This document shows, piece after piece, positions 1-9,981 of a stretch of DNA of 64,000 nt (position 1 is the stretch's first letter; every line of letters starts with the position of its first letter). The stretch covers positions 96,001 to 160,000 of the forward strand of contig CAXXFK010000010.1 of the NCBI GenBank assembly GCA_963663965.2, read 5' to 3'. Below the pieces are notes generated by a model. It searched no databases. It was not told where the DNA came from and was given only the letters and a program-made list of their open reading frames with translations. This DNA is from Sedimentisphaerales bacterium (GTDB taxonomy: Bacteria; Planctomycetota; Phycisphaerae; Sedimentisphaerales; SM23-30). The position numbers were made by a program, and so were the translations under genes.

Positions 1-49
1 TACTGACCCAACTTACTTTCAATACTTTCGTCAAAATACTTGCGTTCAT
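1..49 (-). CDS. 5' end of a gene running off the window (MNASILTKVLKVSWVS...)
   Basis: ATG at 49-47 preceded by AAAGGA on the minus strand; frame is open to the window edge. Confidence 0.5.
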   Translation of the reverse strand, partial: MNASILTKVLKVSWVS

Positions 50-240
50 GATCTAATCCTTTCAACTTATCAGGGTAACGTTTCGACGAATAGTTCAGGG
101 TACATCCCCTGAATCTCCTTTCAGGAGTCGCCGATTTTTCAAGGTATTGTTTGAACCAGTATTCCCGATTTTCAAACAATCCACCCATGAGTCGAAGAAA
201 AACCATAAACCCTTAGGCGCAAAATCGTTTTTTTTCGATT

Positions 241-522
241 TTAATGTTTTAACCGATCCTTAATTTCTTGCTTCTTCTTATCTGACAAGCGGTTAGGTAA
301 TTTGTCGTCATACAGATCCAGACTGGAAAATTTTTTGAAAATTATCTGTAAGAGGCGAAGTTGCTTTTGGTAATACCGGCAATAGTGACAGATCAGCAGA
401 TGCCCTTTCAGGGCAATTCGTTCAATTCTGGTGAGAGGTGTCTCTTCCGCGCGCGAAATAATTTCCGCGGACTTATGGCAAGTCATGGTCAGGATAAACC
501 AGATGTTACGAAACAGTTTCAT
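241..522 (-). CDS. zf-HC2 (ZAS) zinc-finger anti-sigma factor
   Basis: C...HLLICHYC (HxxxCxxC) motif; directly downstream of an ECF sigma gene. Confidence 0.85.
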   Translation of the reverse strand: MKLFRNIWFILTMTCHKSAEIISRAEETPLTRIERIALKGHLLICHYCRYYQKQLRLLQIIFKKFSSLDLYDDKLPNRLSDKKKQEIKDRLKH

Positions 523-530
523 GCCAGTCT

Positions 531-1112
531 CTACCTGCTATCGGTTTCAAACCAGTTTATTTCCAGACAACGGCGTAAGTGGATACGGGCTCGATGCAAA
601 CGTCCCCACAGATTGGCAGAAGAAATATCGAGATTCTCACAGACCTGCTCAGGCGGCAGTTCATCCATCACCCGTAAGACAAAAGCCTGCGCCACCGGTT
701 CGGTCAGGTTTTTCAGGCAATTCTGCAATACCTGCCAGAAAGATTGATTCTCCAGAATGGCGGCCGGATCGCAGGACCAGTCCGCAGGTTTCTCGATCCA
801 GTGTCCGGCCTTATCAAAAAAACTCTTAACCCATTCCCCGTCATCGTCCTGCGGGCGATTCCGGGTTGCCTTGCGAAGATAATCGACAATCTTGTGACGC
901 AGAATGCCTGCCAGCCATACTTTGGGACTGGATTGTCCTTTGAAGGATTCCAGGCCGGCATGGGCGGCCATAAAGGTTTCCTGGACCAGATCTTCCGCAA
1001 TATCATGCCGACGAACACGAGCCATGGCGTAACTGAAGAGCATATCGCCATAATCATCCACCAGTTGCTCGATCGATAATTTTTCATTACCTGGATATTC
1101 CGGAGCAGTCAT
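531..1112 (-). CDS. ECF sigma-70 family RNA polymerase sigma factor
   Basis: Region 2 AEDLVQETF..WLAGILRHKIVDYLR and region 4 HTH ending LHRARIHLRRCLEINWF. Confidence 0.93.
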   Translation of the reverse strand: MTAPEYPGNEKLSIEQLVDDYGDMLFSYAMARVRRHDIAEDLVQETFMAAHAGLESFKGQSSPKVWLAGILRHKIVDYLRKATRNRPQDDDGEWVKSFFDKAGHWIEKPADWSCDPAAILENQSFWQVLQNCLKNLTEPVAQAFVLRVMDELPPEQVCENLDISSANLWGRLHRARIHLRRCLEINWFETDSR

Positions 1113-1200
1113 AATATTACATTATATGACCGGAATGCCCACTTGATAAGATAATTTTCCAGACAATCGGCCCCGAACCGAACCGTAATTTTTTGCCCAA

Positions 1201-1235
1201 TAAAAAAAGAGTCGCCGTGTTAGACACGACGACCC
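1201..1235 (-). terminator. Intrinsic terminator ending the downstream structured repeat unit
   Basis: Minus strand GGGUCGUCGUGU-CUA-ACACGGCGACUC followed by a U7 tract. Confidence 0.75.
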
Positions 1236-1410
1236 TGGATCATGGATCCCTTGTACCGCCTTTTCTTGCCTCCTGACAGCACAGGGCCGTTATATCGTTA
1301 AACTGCCTTGGCAGTTTGTTTTTTAACAAGGTCGCCGGTTCTTATAAAACGACAACCCTGAATCATGGATCCCATCCACCGCCAAATTACCTCCTGACGG
1401 TAAAGGGCCG
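1211..1410 (-). ncRNA. Tandem pair of ~80-nt structured RNA-like units (1331-1410 and 1211-1289), family unknown
   Basis: Degenerate direct repeat with ~120 bp period; stem substitutions keep pairing on the minus strand; AGGAGG in the loop of both copies. Confidence 0.55.
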
Positions 1411-1415
1411 GTTTA

Positions 1416-1994
1416 TTAATGTATTATGGACATTGCCTCTTCAATACAGTCGATCATGCGTTTCAAATCAAAGGGGCGGGGCAGATAGCCATCAAATCCC
1501 TGCCGTAACAGGGCTTGCGCTTCACCATCGGTTAAAGCGGATGTCATGGCAATGATCCGCGTTCCGCTCAACTCAGGATTTCCACGAATAATCTGGCAGA
1601 TTCGGTTGACATTGATATCATCGATCATCAGATCGATAAAGATCACATGCGGCCGAAATTGTTCCGCGATAATACCGGCATCGAAACCACAGATCGCCGC
1701 CTGCAATTCATAGCGGCCATCTTTCTCCAGTTCCTGCACCAGTGTTTCCACCTGTTCCCGTTTATCGTCCACGATCAATAACCGCACCAACCCGCCATCG
1801 ATCCCGTTTAAGGGCATGCCATGAGCTTTCATAAATCTCACCAGTTGGGATACCGGTATACGGCGATCTTTGCTGCCTGGTATGCGGTACCCCCTGAGTT
1901 GTCCGGTATCGAACCATTTTGATACGGTTCGCGGCGCGACATTGCATAGCTTGGCAACTTGACCGGTGGTTAGTACATCTTTTCGCTTTTCCAT
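1416..1994 (-). CDS. Response regulator: excisionase-like HTH DNA-binding domain plus receiver domain
   Basis: LTTGQVAKLCNVAPRTVSKWFDTGQLRGYRIPGSKDRRIP N-terminus; LLIVDD...IFID receiver motifs. Confidence 0.9.
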   Translation of the reverse strand: MEKRKDVLTTGQVAKLCNVAPRTVSKWFDTGQLRGYRIPGSKDRRIPVSQLVRFMKAHGMPLNGIDGGLVRLLIVDDKREQVETLVQELEKDGRYELQAAICGFDAGIIAEQFRPHVIFIDLMIDDINVNRICQIIRGNPELSGTRIIAMTSALTDGEAQALLRQGFDGYLPRPFDLKRMIDCIEEAMSIIH

Positions 1995-2348
1995 GTTTCC
2001 ATCTTACACAAAAAGGAATCTTCTCTTTTTCTCCTTGAGCTTCACCCAGTGTGCAGCGCTCAATTCGATACAGTAATTAGCATTTATTTGTTCGGCCGCT
2101 TATAAGGGCAAGTTTAATATAAAACCTCACAATTAACCGGCAACTGTCAGATATCAGAAAGCGATCAGAATCCACACAGCCGCCATATGGAACAAAATCA
2201 GTGATGATTCCCCTGCCAGGTCCTATTACCCTCACAATCGCTCAACTTTAACAACCATCCCGATTATAAATTAAAAATCAATATTTCTGATTTTTTCGAC
2301 TATTCGATTACTATCCTGCAAATTTGGGCTATTATCGGACGATTCAAT

Positions 2349-2383
2349 AAAAAAACCGTCTTTCTGAATCAGGAAGACGGTTT
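2349..2383 (-). terminator. Intrinsic terminator of fba
   Basis: AAACCGTCTTTCTGA/TCAGGAAGACGGTTT inverted repeat with an A-run (U-tract on the minus strand) ~35 bp after the fba stop. Confidence 0.8.
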
Positions 2384-2417
2384 GATTTTAATATCAGGTA
2401 TTTGTCTGGATTATTGG

Positions 2418-3368
2418 TTAACGACAAAGATCGGCTTTGCCAGCGCAACCCAGGACATGCAGCTTGCGTTTAACCATTTCACAAATAGCCGTACGGCCCG
2501 GTCCCAAATAATTGCGAGGATCAAATTCAGCGGGCTTGGTGGAAAATACTTCACGAATCTTCGCAGTCAATGCCAGACGCAGATCGGTATCAATATTGAC
2601 TTTACAAACAGCCATTTTGGCGGCTTTACTGATTGCTTCTTCTGGAACGCCCATCGTATTCGGCATATTTCCGCCGTATTTGTTGATCAGCGCCACAAAT
2701 TCCTGCGGTACGCTGGAAGATCCATGCATCACCAATGGGAATCCAGGCAGGCGTTTGCCAATCTCTTCGATCACATCGAAGGCCAGTTTCGGCTCGGATT
2801 TGAATTTATAGGCGCCGTGGCTGGTTCCGCAAGCCACAGCCAGCGAATCGCAACCTGATCTTTTCACAAATTCTTCCGCCTGATTCGGATCAGTCAGGTG
2901 ATTCATCACATCATCCGCGCTGACACCAACGACATCTTCTTCAATACCGCCTAACTGCCCCAGTTCCGCTTCCACCGTTACGCCACTGGCATGGGCCATA
3001 TCTGCCACTTTACGGGTTTTGGCAATATTTTCTTCAAAAGGATCATGTGACGCGTCAATCATAACCGAAGTGAAGCCATCTTTAACGCACTGTTCACACA
3101 ATTCATAGGTATCGCCATGATCCAGATGCATGGCAATAGGCAGATCGCCACTATCTTCAATGGCACAATCGATCAAAGCGCGCAGATATTTCACATTCGC
3201 GTAGGACCGGGCCCCCTTAGATATCTGCAGAATGAGCGGGGCATTTTCTGACTTACAGGCATCAACGATAGCCTGCATGATTTCCATATTATTCACATTG
3301 AACGCGCCGATGGCAAATCCGCCGTCATAGGCAACCTGAAACATTTTTTTAGTAGATACTAATGGCAT
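2418..3368 (-). CDS. fba: Class II fructose-1,6-bisphosphate aldolase
   Basis: AIGAFNVNNME, HLDHG, VMIDASH, GTSHGAYK, LVMHGSSS, KVNIDTDLR motifs; start placed at ATG 3368 (MPLVS) with GGAG upstream. Confidence 0.96.
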   Translation of the reverse strand: MPLVSTKKMFQVAYDGGFAIGAFNVNNMEIMQAIVDACKSENAPLILQISKGARSYANVKYLRALIDCAIEDSGDLPIAMHLDHGDTYELCEQCVKDGFTSVMIDASHDPFEENIAKTRKVADMAHASGVTVEAELGQLGGIEEDVVGVSADDVMNHLTDPNQAEEFVKRSGCDSLAVACGTSHGAYKFKSEPKLAFDVIEEIGKRLPGFPLVMHGSSSVPQEFVALINKYGGNMPNTMGVPEEAISKAAKMAVCKVNIDTDLRLALTAKIREVFSTKPAEFDPRNYLGPGRTAICEMVKRKLHVLGCAGKADLCR

Positions 3369-3920
3369 AGTCGTACTCCATCTTATTTCATAATAATTAC
3401 TTATCACATATCACTGACCTGCGGCCAGCTCGTATCTGACCTGTTTTTATAGCGGTTATCCACCTGAATGTCAAATAAATATAGTTCTCTCATCATGCCC
3501 ACAGCTTATCTTAAAGGATAAATCTTCCGGATTTTGACCTGATTTTGAGGCAGAAATGAATAAATCGAATAATAACAACACGTTAAGGCTGCTTAATCCT
3601 TACAATTTCACTAAGTTACCAGATACTAAAATGGCTATTTCAGCTTTATCTTATTGTATAACTGCTTGAACTGGTTTATAATAAAAGTTATCAAATGATT
3701 TTGAGGTTTTTAAACCGGACAAGATAGTCTCAATGTAGTTTCTGAAGATCAATATTTTGATCTTTGAATCATATATTAATATTCAGTTAACCTTCACCCG
3801 CCTGTTAATATGCCGATAACAGCGGGTCGGTTTAGACAGAAAGGAGATGATTCTACTTAATTTAACATTCGGCAAATCAGGACCTTAGAGAAACTTAAAA
3901 TCCAAAATGAGGAAAAAAAG

Positions 3921-4877
3921 ATGAAAAAACTAATTCACCTCTCAGTTGTCGTTCTTGTTGTTCTTATAGCGATGCCTGCCATCGCGTCAACGGTTGCTTA
4001 CTGGCGTTTTGAAGAAGGCCCGGCCGGCGCCGATGTTGCTCTAGATTTCGGTGCAACGGATAGTTCCGGTAACGGTAATCATTTACGCCCCTGGGCAACC
4101 GGGTGGGCGGGTTTCGCCTACAAGGCTGAAGTCGCCCAATCGACGATTCCGACGACCGGCGAAGCCAATAACTTCAGCGTAAAAAACACTGGTAGCTATC
4201 CAGCCATGTTTACCGATTCTTCCGTCACTGCTCCTACCGGTACCGACCTGGAAACCTGGGCTCCGACTCAATGGACTATCGAAGCCAGTTTCAAACCCGA
4301 AAATGGCGGCCACCGAACAATCGTTGGTCGTGACGCTTTTGGTGTCGCTACCTCCAATGAGCAACTGGCGGCCCTTTATTTCCAGATTCAACCCGACAAT
4401 TCTGTAGCCATCAAGTACGCAGACGTCCAGGGTTTCTGGCATGAAGCCATTTCCGCAGCAAACGCGGTTCAGGGTTTTGATCATCCAACCGATCCCGATG
4501 GTCTCCAAGGTAAATGGTATAACATGGCAGCAGTCTGTGATGGATCAACCTTATCGCTGTACCTGGCTGACGATGCCGCCGGTACCGGTTACCAACTGGT
4601 AGCCCAGACGGATTTAACCCTCAGCGGCAGCACTGACACCTCGCTGACCGCCGGTAACGATACCGATGGCAATGACTGGCATTCTGGTGAATGGTCAGTC
4701 GGTCGCGGCCTCTACAATGGTGGTCACGGCGATCGTGCCTATGGTTATATTGACGAAGTTCGTATCTCTGATACGGCTTTGGAAACCGGCGAGTTTCTGA
4801 TGGTTCCCGAACCGGCCACCCTGGCCCTGTTTGGCCTGGGCGCTCTGGCTGCCGTTCGTCGCCGTCGCGCTCAATAA
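3921..4877 (+). CDS. Secreted LamG/concanavalin-A-like protein with PEP-CTERM sorting signal
   Basis: Signal peptide, VAYWRFEEG...GYIDEVRISD LamG motifs, C-terminal VPEPATLALFGLGALAAVRRRR. Confidence 0.92.
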   Translation: MKKLIHLSVVVLVVLIAMPAIASTVAYWRFEEGPAGADVALDFGATDSSGNGNHLRPWATGWAGFAYKAEVAQSTIPTTGEANNFSVKNTGSYPAMFTDSSVTAPTGTDLETWAPTQWTIEASFKPENGGHRTIVGRDAFGVATSNEQLAALYFQIQPDNSVAIKYADVQGFWHEAISAANAVQGFDHPTDPDGLQGKWYNMAAVCDGSTLSLYLADDAAGTGYQLVAQTDLTLSGSTDTSLTAGNDTDGNDWHSGEWSVGRGLYNGGHGDRAYGYIDEVRISDTALETGEFLMVPEPATLALFGLGALAAVRRRRAQ

Positions 4878-4909
4878 TCCTGGTTTCAGGTATTATTACC
4901 ACAAATTTC

Positions 4910-4946
4910 AAGCATCGCTTCCTGTCATGGGGAGTGATGCTTTTTT
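4910..4946 (+). terminator. Intrinsic terminator
   Basis: AAGCATCGCTTCC...GGAGTGATGCTT hairpin followed by a T-run. Confidence 0.8.
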
Positions 4947-5057
4947 ATTGAATGACTCACTTCAGGAATTGAACAAATCCAATTATCTTTGACGTCATGA
5001 GCTTAGGGGCCGTAAATAAATAACTACTTCATATTTCATCCCATCTTGCCGCCATGT

Positions 5058-6242
5058 TCAGGATCTTCTATACCCGATGGGCATCAAATCCTCCCCAAAT
5101 TCAAACGCGTTCCGCCAGGTCATTGCCGGCCGGTGCCGCGCGACATTGATCAGCAATCCTAACGCAATAAAATTGCATAACAGGCTGCTGCCCCCGTAAC
5201 TGACAAAAGGCAAGGCCATCCCGGTGACCGGCATGACACCCATAGTCATTCCGATATTGATAAACATCTGGGAAGCAAACTGTATTACAATACCGATAGC
5301 AAGCAGTTTGCCGAAACTATCCACCTGTTGGGCCGCGATCTCTATTCCGCCGATCAAGATCAGGCCATATAACAATAAAATAACGACTCCCCCCACAAAA
5401 CCCCATTGATGGGCAATCAGGGCAAAGATGAAATCGTTATGACGTTCCGGCAGCCAGGGACGCTCGACATAAATCCCCTTGCCCAGTCCGTGGCCGGTCA
5501 GGCCGCCGGATCCGATACAGATCTTGGACTGGTAGAGTTGATAGCCATTGCCCCGCAGAAACGTCACATCATTGGAGTTCTGATGGAGCATGCCGATAAT
5601 CCGGTTGCGCTGGTAAGTATTCAGCGACAGATAAAATAGTGGAGATAATAAAATCCCTATCATTATGATGGATATCAAATGGCGGATACGGGCGCCCGCT
5701 ACAAACAGGATGCCAAAAACCATGATAAAAAACAGCATCGACATTCCCAGGTCCGGCTGCAACAGAATCAGGCCAATGGGAACCAGGGCAATCATGAAGG
5801 GCCGAATAAGCCCTGTAAACTGGCGGTAATTTTCTTTATCTCTCAGATACCAGCCCAATGCCAGAATAAAGGATAATTTGGTGATCTCAGACGGCTGCAA
5901 CATGATCGAACCATATATTCGAATCCATCGATACGACCCACCACGATTCGGCACCAGCCAGTCAAGCCCCAGTTTTTTACCCACCAGTACCAATACCAGA
6001 AGAAATAAGGTCAGGACATACCAGAAATAACTGGTTTCCCCGATCCTGCGATAATGAAACAGATTGACAAATGAGAATCCGCCCAGACTGATAACGACCC
6101 AGAAAAGCTGCTTGTTAAATTCACTTGTCCGTCCACTGGCATGAATATTCACCAGGCCGATTCCTACCAGCGTAAACACAGCCAGCATCATAATCAGCCT
6201 CAGCCCTCCCAGGCGTCCCTGCCAGATGGTTTTAATCAGCAT
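5058..6242 (-). CDS. rodA: SEDS family peptidoglycan glycosyltransferase (RodA/FtsW)
   Basis: RWI..QPSE..K, LLQPDLG, GSGGLTGHG, LPERHNDFIF, GVMPVTGMALPFVSYGGSS. Confidence 0.88.
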   Translation of the reverse strand: MLIKTIWQGRLGGLRLIMMLAVFTLVGIGLVNIHASGRTSEFNKQLFWVVISLGGFSFVNLFHYRRIGETSYFWYVLTLFLLVLVLVGKKLGLDWLVPNRGGSYRWIRIYGSIMLQPSEITKLSFILALGWYLRDKENYRQFTGLIRPFMIALVPIGLILLQPDLGMSMLFFIMVFGILFVAGARIRHLISIIMIGILLSPLFYLSLNTYQRNRIIGMLHQNSNDVTFLRGNGYQLYQSKICIGSGGLTGHGLGKGIYVERPWLPERHNDFIFALIAHQWGFVGGVVILLLYGLILIGGIEIAAQQVDSFGKLLAIGIVIQFASQMFINIGMTMGVMPVTGMALPFVSYGGSSLLCNFIALGLLINVARHRPAMTWRNAFEFGEDLMPIGYRRS

Positions 6243-6370
6243 TGCTCAACTCGTTTAATATCGTAATCAATCCGGCAGATATGATAGGGGATTTAAAAAG
6301 AAAATGCCAGGCAAATGGTTTGCACCCAGATCATTTTTACATAGTATTCCCGCCGGAATACCGTCACAAA

Positions 6371-7759
6371 TTATTTTCCGATACAGAACTGACCGAAGAT
6401 CTCACCCAGAATGTCATCGGTGGTCACTTCCCCTCCAATTACTGCCAGATGATCCAGGGCATCCCGGATTTCCAATGCGATTAATTCCTGCTCCGGTTCG
6501 GCATCTTCGGCCAGGCTAACCGCGTTTTGCATGGATTGACAGGCCGCTTCCAGTTCGAATTGCTGCATGGAGGTTAACGCAATATCTTCATCCCGTCCCG
6601 CGGTGATCAATCGATCCGCCAGCATCCGATCGATCGTATGGCGTAATTCCTCAAGATGGCTATTCTGCAAGGCGCTGCAATATAGCATCTTTTCAAATGG
6701 CGTATCCTGACAGATTAATTGTACGGAACCGTTAATCAGATCTATCTTATTAACCACCAGTATCGCCGGCACATCGATTAACGCCTGATGCTGAATAATC
6801 TCCTCAAATGCCTGCGGACACGTGGCATCCATCACCCAGATAATCAGGTTGGCTGTCTGCATAGCCTTCCTTGCCGCATGCTGAGAGGCTTCCCCCAGCG
6901 GATCATCAACCGGTCCCAATCCGGCGGTATCCAGCAGCAGACATTCACCATGAGCCAGTTTCAGCGGTGAGGTTAATACGTCGCGCGTCGTTCCGGCAAC
7001 CAGACTGACAATTCCCCGTTCCAGCCCGGTCAGGCGATTGGCCAGACTGCTTTTGCCAGCATTGGGAGGCCCCGCCAGCACCACTCTCGGCGCCAGATCA
7101 AGCTGTTGCCAGGACTGACTGCTGGAAAGCAACCGGTTCATCTGGTCGATGATCGCAATAAGTTGCTGTCGAACCTGACAGGAATCAATAAATTCTATCT
7201 CTTCCTGACTGAAATCAATACCGGCCTCAATCAGGGCCAGCAACTGTTTAAGCGGCTCTTTAATCTCCCGGCATCGAGTCCGTAACTCACCTTCCAGCAA
7301 CCGTTCGGCCGCTTTAAGCTGACTGTCACATTGAGCGCCGATCATGGCGGCAACCGCCTGGGCCTCGGTCAGATCAATACGGTTATTCAAAAACGCCCGG
7401 CAGGTAAACTCTCCGGGATTTGCCATGCGTGCCCCATCCCGCAACAAAGCCTGTAACACAAACTGCAACAAGGCCGGACTGCCAGGTAGATGAATTTCAA
7501 CCAGGTCCTGGGTCGTATAACTATGGGGCGCGTTGAAAAAATAAACCTCACACCGACAACGAATCGTATCTGTCAACCGAAACTCACCCGATACCCGCTG
7601 CCAGGCCGGACACACAGTCAGCGCCTGATCGACAGGCAATGCGGTCAGATAAGGACGTATCAGCGCTAACGCGTTTGGACCGCTGACTCGAATAATGCCG
7701 ATGGCCGCGACCCCGCCGGCGCTGCTGACTGCCGCGATGGTATCATCGGTCTGGAACAT
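6371..7759 (-). CDS. mnmE: tRNA modification GTPase MnmE/TrmE
   Basis: DTIAAVSS, GEFTCRAFLNNRIDL, GPPNAGKSS, GTTRD, DTAG, NKID, C-terminal FCIGK. Confidence 0.96.
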   Translation of the reverse strand: MFQTDDTIAAVSSAGGVAAIGIIRVSGPNALALIRPYLTALPVDQALTVCPAWQRVSGEFRLTDTIRCRCEVYFFNAPHSYTTQDLVEIHLPGSPALLQFVLQALLRDGARMANPGEFTCRAFLNNRIDLTEAQAVAAMIGAQCDSQLKAAERLLEGELRTRCREIKEPLKQLLALIEAGIDFSQEEIEFIDSCQVRQQLIAIIDQMNRLLSSSQSWQQLDLAPRVVLAGPPNAGKSSLANRLTGLERGIVSLVAGTTRDVLTSPLKLAHGECLLLDTAGLGPVDDPLGEASQHAARKAMQTANLIIWVMDATCPQAFEEIIQHQALIDVPAILVVNKIDLINGSVQLICQDTPFEKMLYCSALQNSHLEELRHTIDRMLADRLITAGRDEDIALTSMQQFELEAACQSMQNAVSLAEDAEPEQELIALEIRDALDHLAVIGGEVTTDDILGEIFGQFCIGK

Positions 7760-7761
7760 GA

Positions 7762-9795
7762 TCAGGTAAATTTAATGGGAGGTTTGGGCTTTTTCTGTTT
7801 GGGAGCCAGACGGCTGGACAGTTTGGCGGTCGCCGTCACCTTTCCTTCATTTTCCGCCGCCTCCAGTTCCTTCAGATGCTTTCGGATATAATGCTGTTCG
7901 ATCAATCCGCCAAACGTACTGGCCATGATATAAAGATTCAAACCGGAGGGCGCGGTATAGAAGAAAATGAGCATCATTGCCGGCATCATGTAAAGCATCA
8001 TTTTCTGCTGCTGTTCCATCTGGGGATTCGTGCTGGCCATGGCTTTGCTCTGGGTCTGCATGGAATATTTCGATTGCAGGAACATGGCAATGCAGAGCAG
8101 AATAGGCAGAATATTAAAGGCGTCAATTCCCTTGATGATGAACAGATCAAAGGGTTGATTCAGTCCAAACAGAGAAAATGGAATCAATCGATCGGGCGCC
8201 GACAGGTCATTCAGCCAGAAGAAGCCGGCCGGAAACAGCCCCTTGTGCCGCATCGCGATATTGGAATCCACCGCGGTATACAGGGCAATCCAGATCGGCA
8301 TCTGCAGGAACATCGGCAGGCATCCCAGAATAGGCGTCCAGCCCTGCTCTTTATACAGAGCCATGGTTTGCCGTTGCAGTTCCTGGGGATTGTTGGCGTA
8401 TTTCTTTTTAACTTCCTCCATCTTGGGCCCCAGCTTGCTCATCTTCTGCATGTTCACCTGACTCTTTTTAGTAATGGGATGCAGCAGGAAGCGAACCAGC
8501 AGCACCAGGAAGATGATGGCAATGCCGTAATTATGTACGACGGCGTAGATCCATTTCAGAATCTGCAGAACAGCCAGATTGAGCCAGTTGAAAGTACAGA
8601 TGGCACAGGAGGGGCGATACATCAAGGCGTCATACCCAAGTTGGGCGTAGATCGAATCTTTGGCGTCAAAGATATCGGTATCGACCGCGCCGAGGTAAAG
8701 CGCCAGGCGATAACTGGAAGAACCTTTGGGCTGGATGACTCTCTGGTCGCTGATGTTGGTCTGGGTGAGAATCGTATTATCTGGCGTCAACGTGTCACTA
8801 TGATTGAGAATCCGGGAACGAACCCGGTTATCCTGGAAAAAATTGACCCCGCCATCGGCATCATAAACGGGCCGAACCACCGCGCCAAAAAATTTATTGG
8901 AAACCCCAAACCATTCCACCGGTTTATTGTCCGTTTCGGTGGTAATGACTTTTAATGGATTTTTACTGTCATAGATCTTGGTAATCGCGGTCCGGCTGAC
9001 CTCATACCCTCCATTGCCTTCCGGGTGATAGGCTGCCGTGAGGATTCGGCGGTCGTTGCGAGGATCTTCTCGCACCAGGCCGATCGGTCCATAAAGATCG
9101 ATAGACCGGATACCGACTGCCTGTTCGGAAAGGTTTTCCATTTCCAGATCCATGCTCAACTCATAATTATTCGCTTCATAGCGATAGATTTTATGGATTT
9201 TCAGGACTGGCTGTTGCTCTGCGTTCACGACCGTCGCGGTAAAACGCACCGATTCGCGTCCCGCGTCATCCACTTCGACTTCAGACGGCTCCCAGACATT
9301 GAAACTCAAACTACAGGGACTGGCCTGATCGCTGAAATGAATCATCCCCAGCATGAGTGAACTATAGACAACCATTTGTTCATCTTTAGCCTGGCTAATC
9401 AGCGGATAACCGGTATGGTCATCATTTACTTTATATTTGTATTCGCTCAGGAGCACTTCTTTCAGTCCGGTACTGACCGGATCGATAACAATCCGGGCTT
9501 TATAACCCGATTCCGGATCCAGTTGTCCCAGGACAACCGGCTCGGCGTCCGGTTTGGGATAAACCGGCAAAACAGACCACTTGGCGCTGAATTGAGGCTG
9601 GGGCGGTTCGACTGACATCGTATTTTCTGCGGGAGCAGGCGGCGCTACGGTCATCGGGGCCTGGGATTGATTGACGGTTTCCTGCGGCTGCGTTTGGGGC
9701 GCCTGTTTCTTACCCACAAAATACTGATAGCCAAACATAATGGCCATACACAGCAGAAACGCGCCAATAAAACTCTTAAATTGATCTTGATCCAT
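7762..9795 (-). CDS. yidC: Membrane protein insertase YidC
   Basis: NYGIAIIFLVLLVR, GCLPMFLQMPIWIALY, WLNDLSAPD, PSGLNLY. Confidence 0.96.
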   Translation of the reverse strand: MDQDQFKSFIGAFLLCMAIMFGYQYFVGKKQAPQTQPQETVNQSQAPMTVAPPAPAENTMSVEPPQPQFSAKWSVLPVYPKPDAEPVVLGQLDPESGYKARIVIDPVSTGLKEVLLSEYKYKVNDDHTGYPLISQAKDEQMVVYSSLMLGMIHFSDQASPCSLSFNVWEPSEVEVDDAGRESVRFTATVVNAEQQPVLKIHKIYRYEANNYELSMDLEMENLSEQAVGIRSIDLYGPIGLVREDPRNDRRILTAAYHPEGNGGYEVSRTAITKIYDSKNPLKVITTETDNKPVEWFGVSNKFFGAVVRPVYDADGGVNFFQDNRVRSRILNHSDTLTPDNTILTQTNISDQRVIQPKGSSSYRLALYLGAVDTDIFDAKDSIYAQLGYDALMYRPSCAICTFNWLNLAVLQILKWIYAVVHNYGIAIIFLVLLVRFLLHPITKKSQVNMQKMSKLGPKMEEVKKKYANNPQELQRQTMALYKEQGWTPILGCLPMFLQMPIWIALYTAVDSNIAMRHKGLFPAGFFWLNDLSAPDRLIPFSLFGLNQPFDLFIIKGIDAFNILPILLCIAMFLQSKYSMQTQSKAMASTNPQMEQQQKMMLYMMPAMMLIFFYTAPSGLNLYIMASTFGGLIEQHYIRKHLKELEAAENEGKVTATAKLSSRLAPKQKKPKPPIKFT

Positions 9796-9981
9796 GGATT
9801 CCTCTGATTCTATCTGCTCTCAAACTGATTAATGCGTCGTCAATGTAACTCAATGGAAGGATTAGTAGCGAAAGTATGCCCACAGGACGAGAATCGAAGT
9901 ATAAGCGCCGTACCCCAGGCTCCAAAAACATTCCATCCGTTACCGGGTATTCTCGCCTATCTGTCTAATAATACGATTATG

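Noticed and set aside
66..90. GAAAC and CUGAUAAG on the minus strand resembling a hammerhead ribozyme core
   Set aside because: Only ~6 nt separate the motifs, too few for stems I and III; CUGAUGA is imperfect
1211..1410. Tandem repeat considered as a CRISPR array
   Set aside because: Only two long degenerate units, no identical repeats with unique spacers, and no cas genes in the window
3796..3888. Hairpin and 13-codon ORF upstream of the PEP-CTERM gene as riboswitch or leader peptide
   Set aside because: No recognisable aptamer consensus; the AAGGAG abuts the ATG with no spacer
7876..8955. Long antisense ORFs (also 21412-22347, 50744-51769 and others)
   Set aside because: Shadows of well-supported genes on the opposite strand, with no motifs of their own
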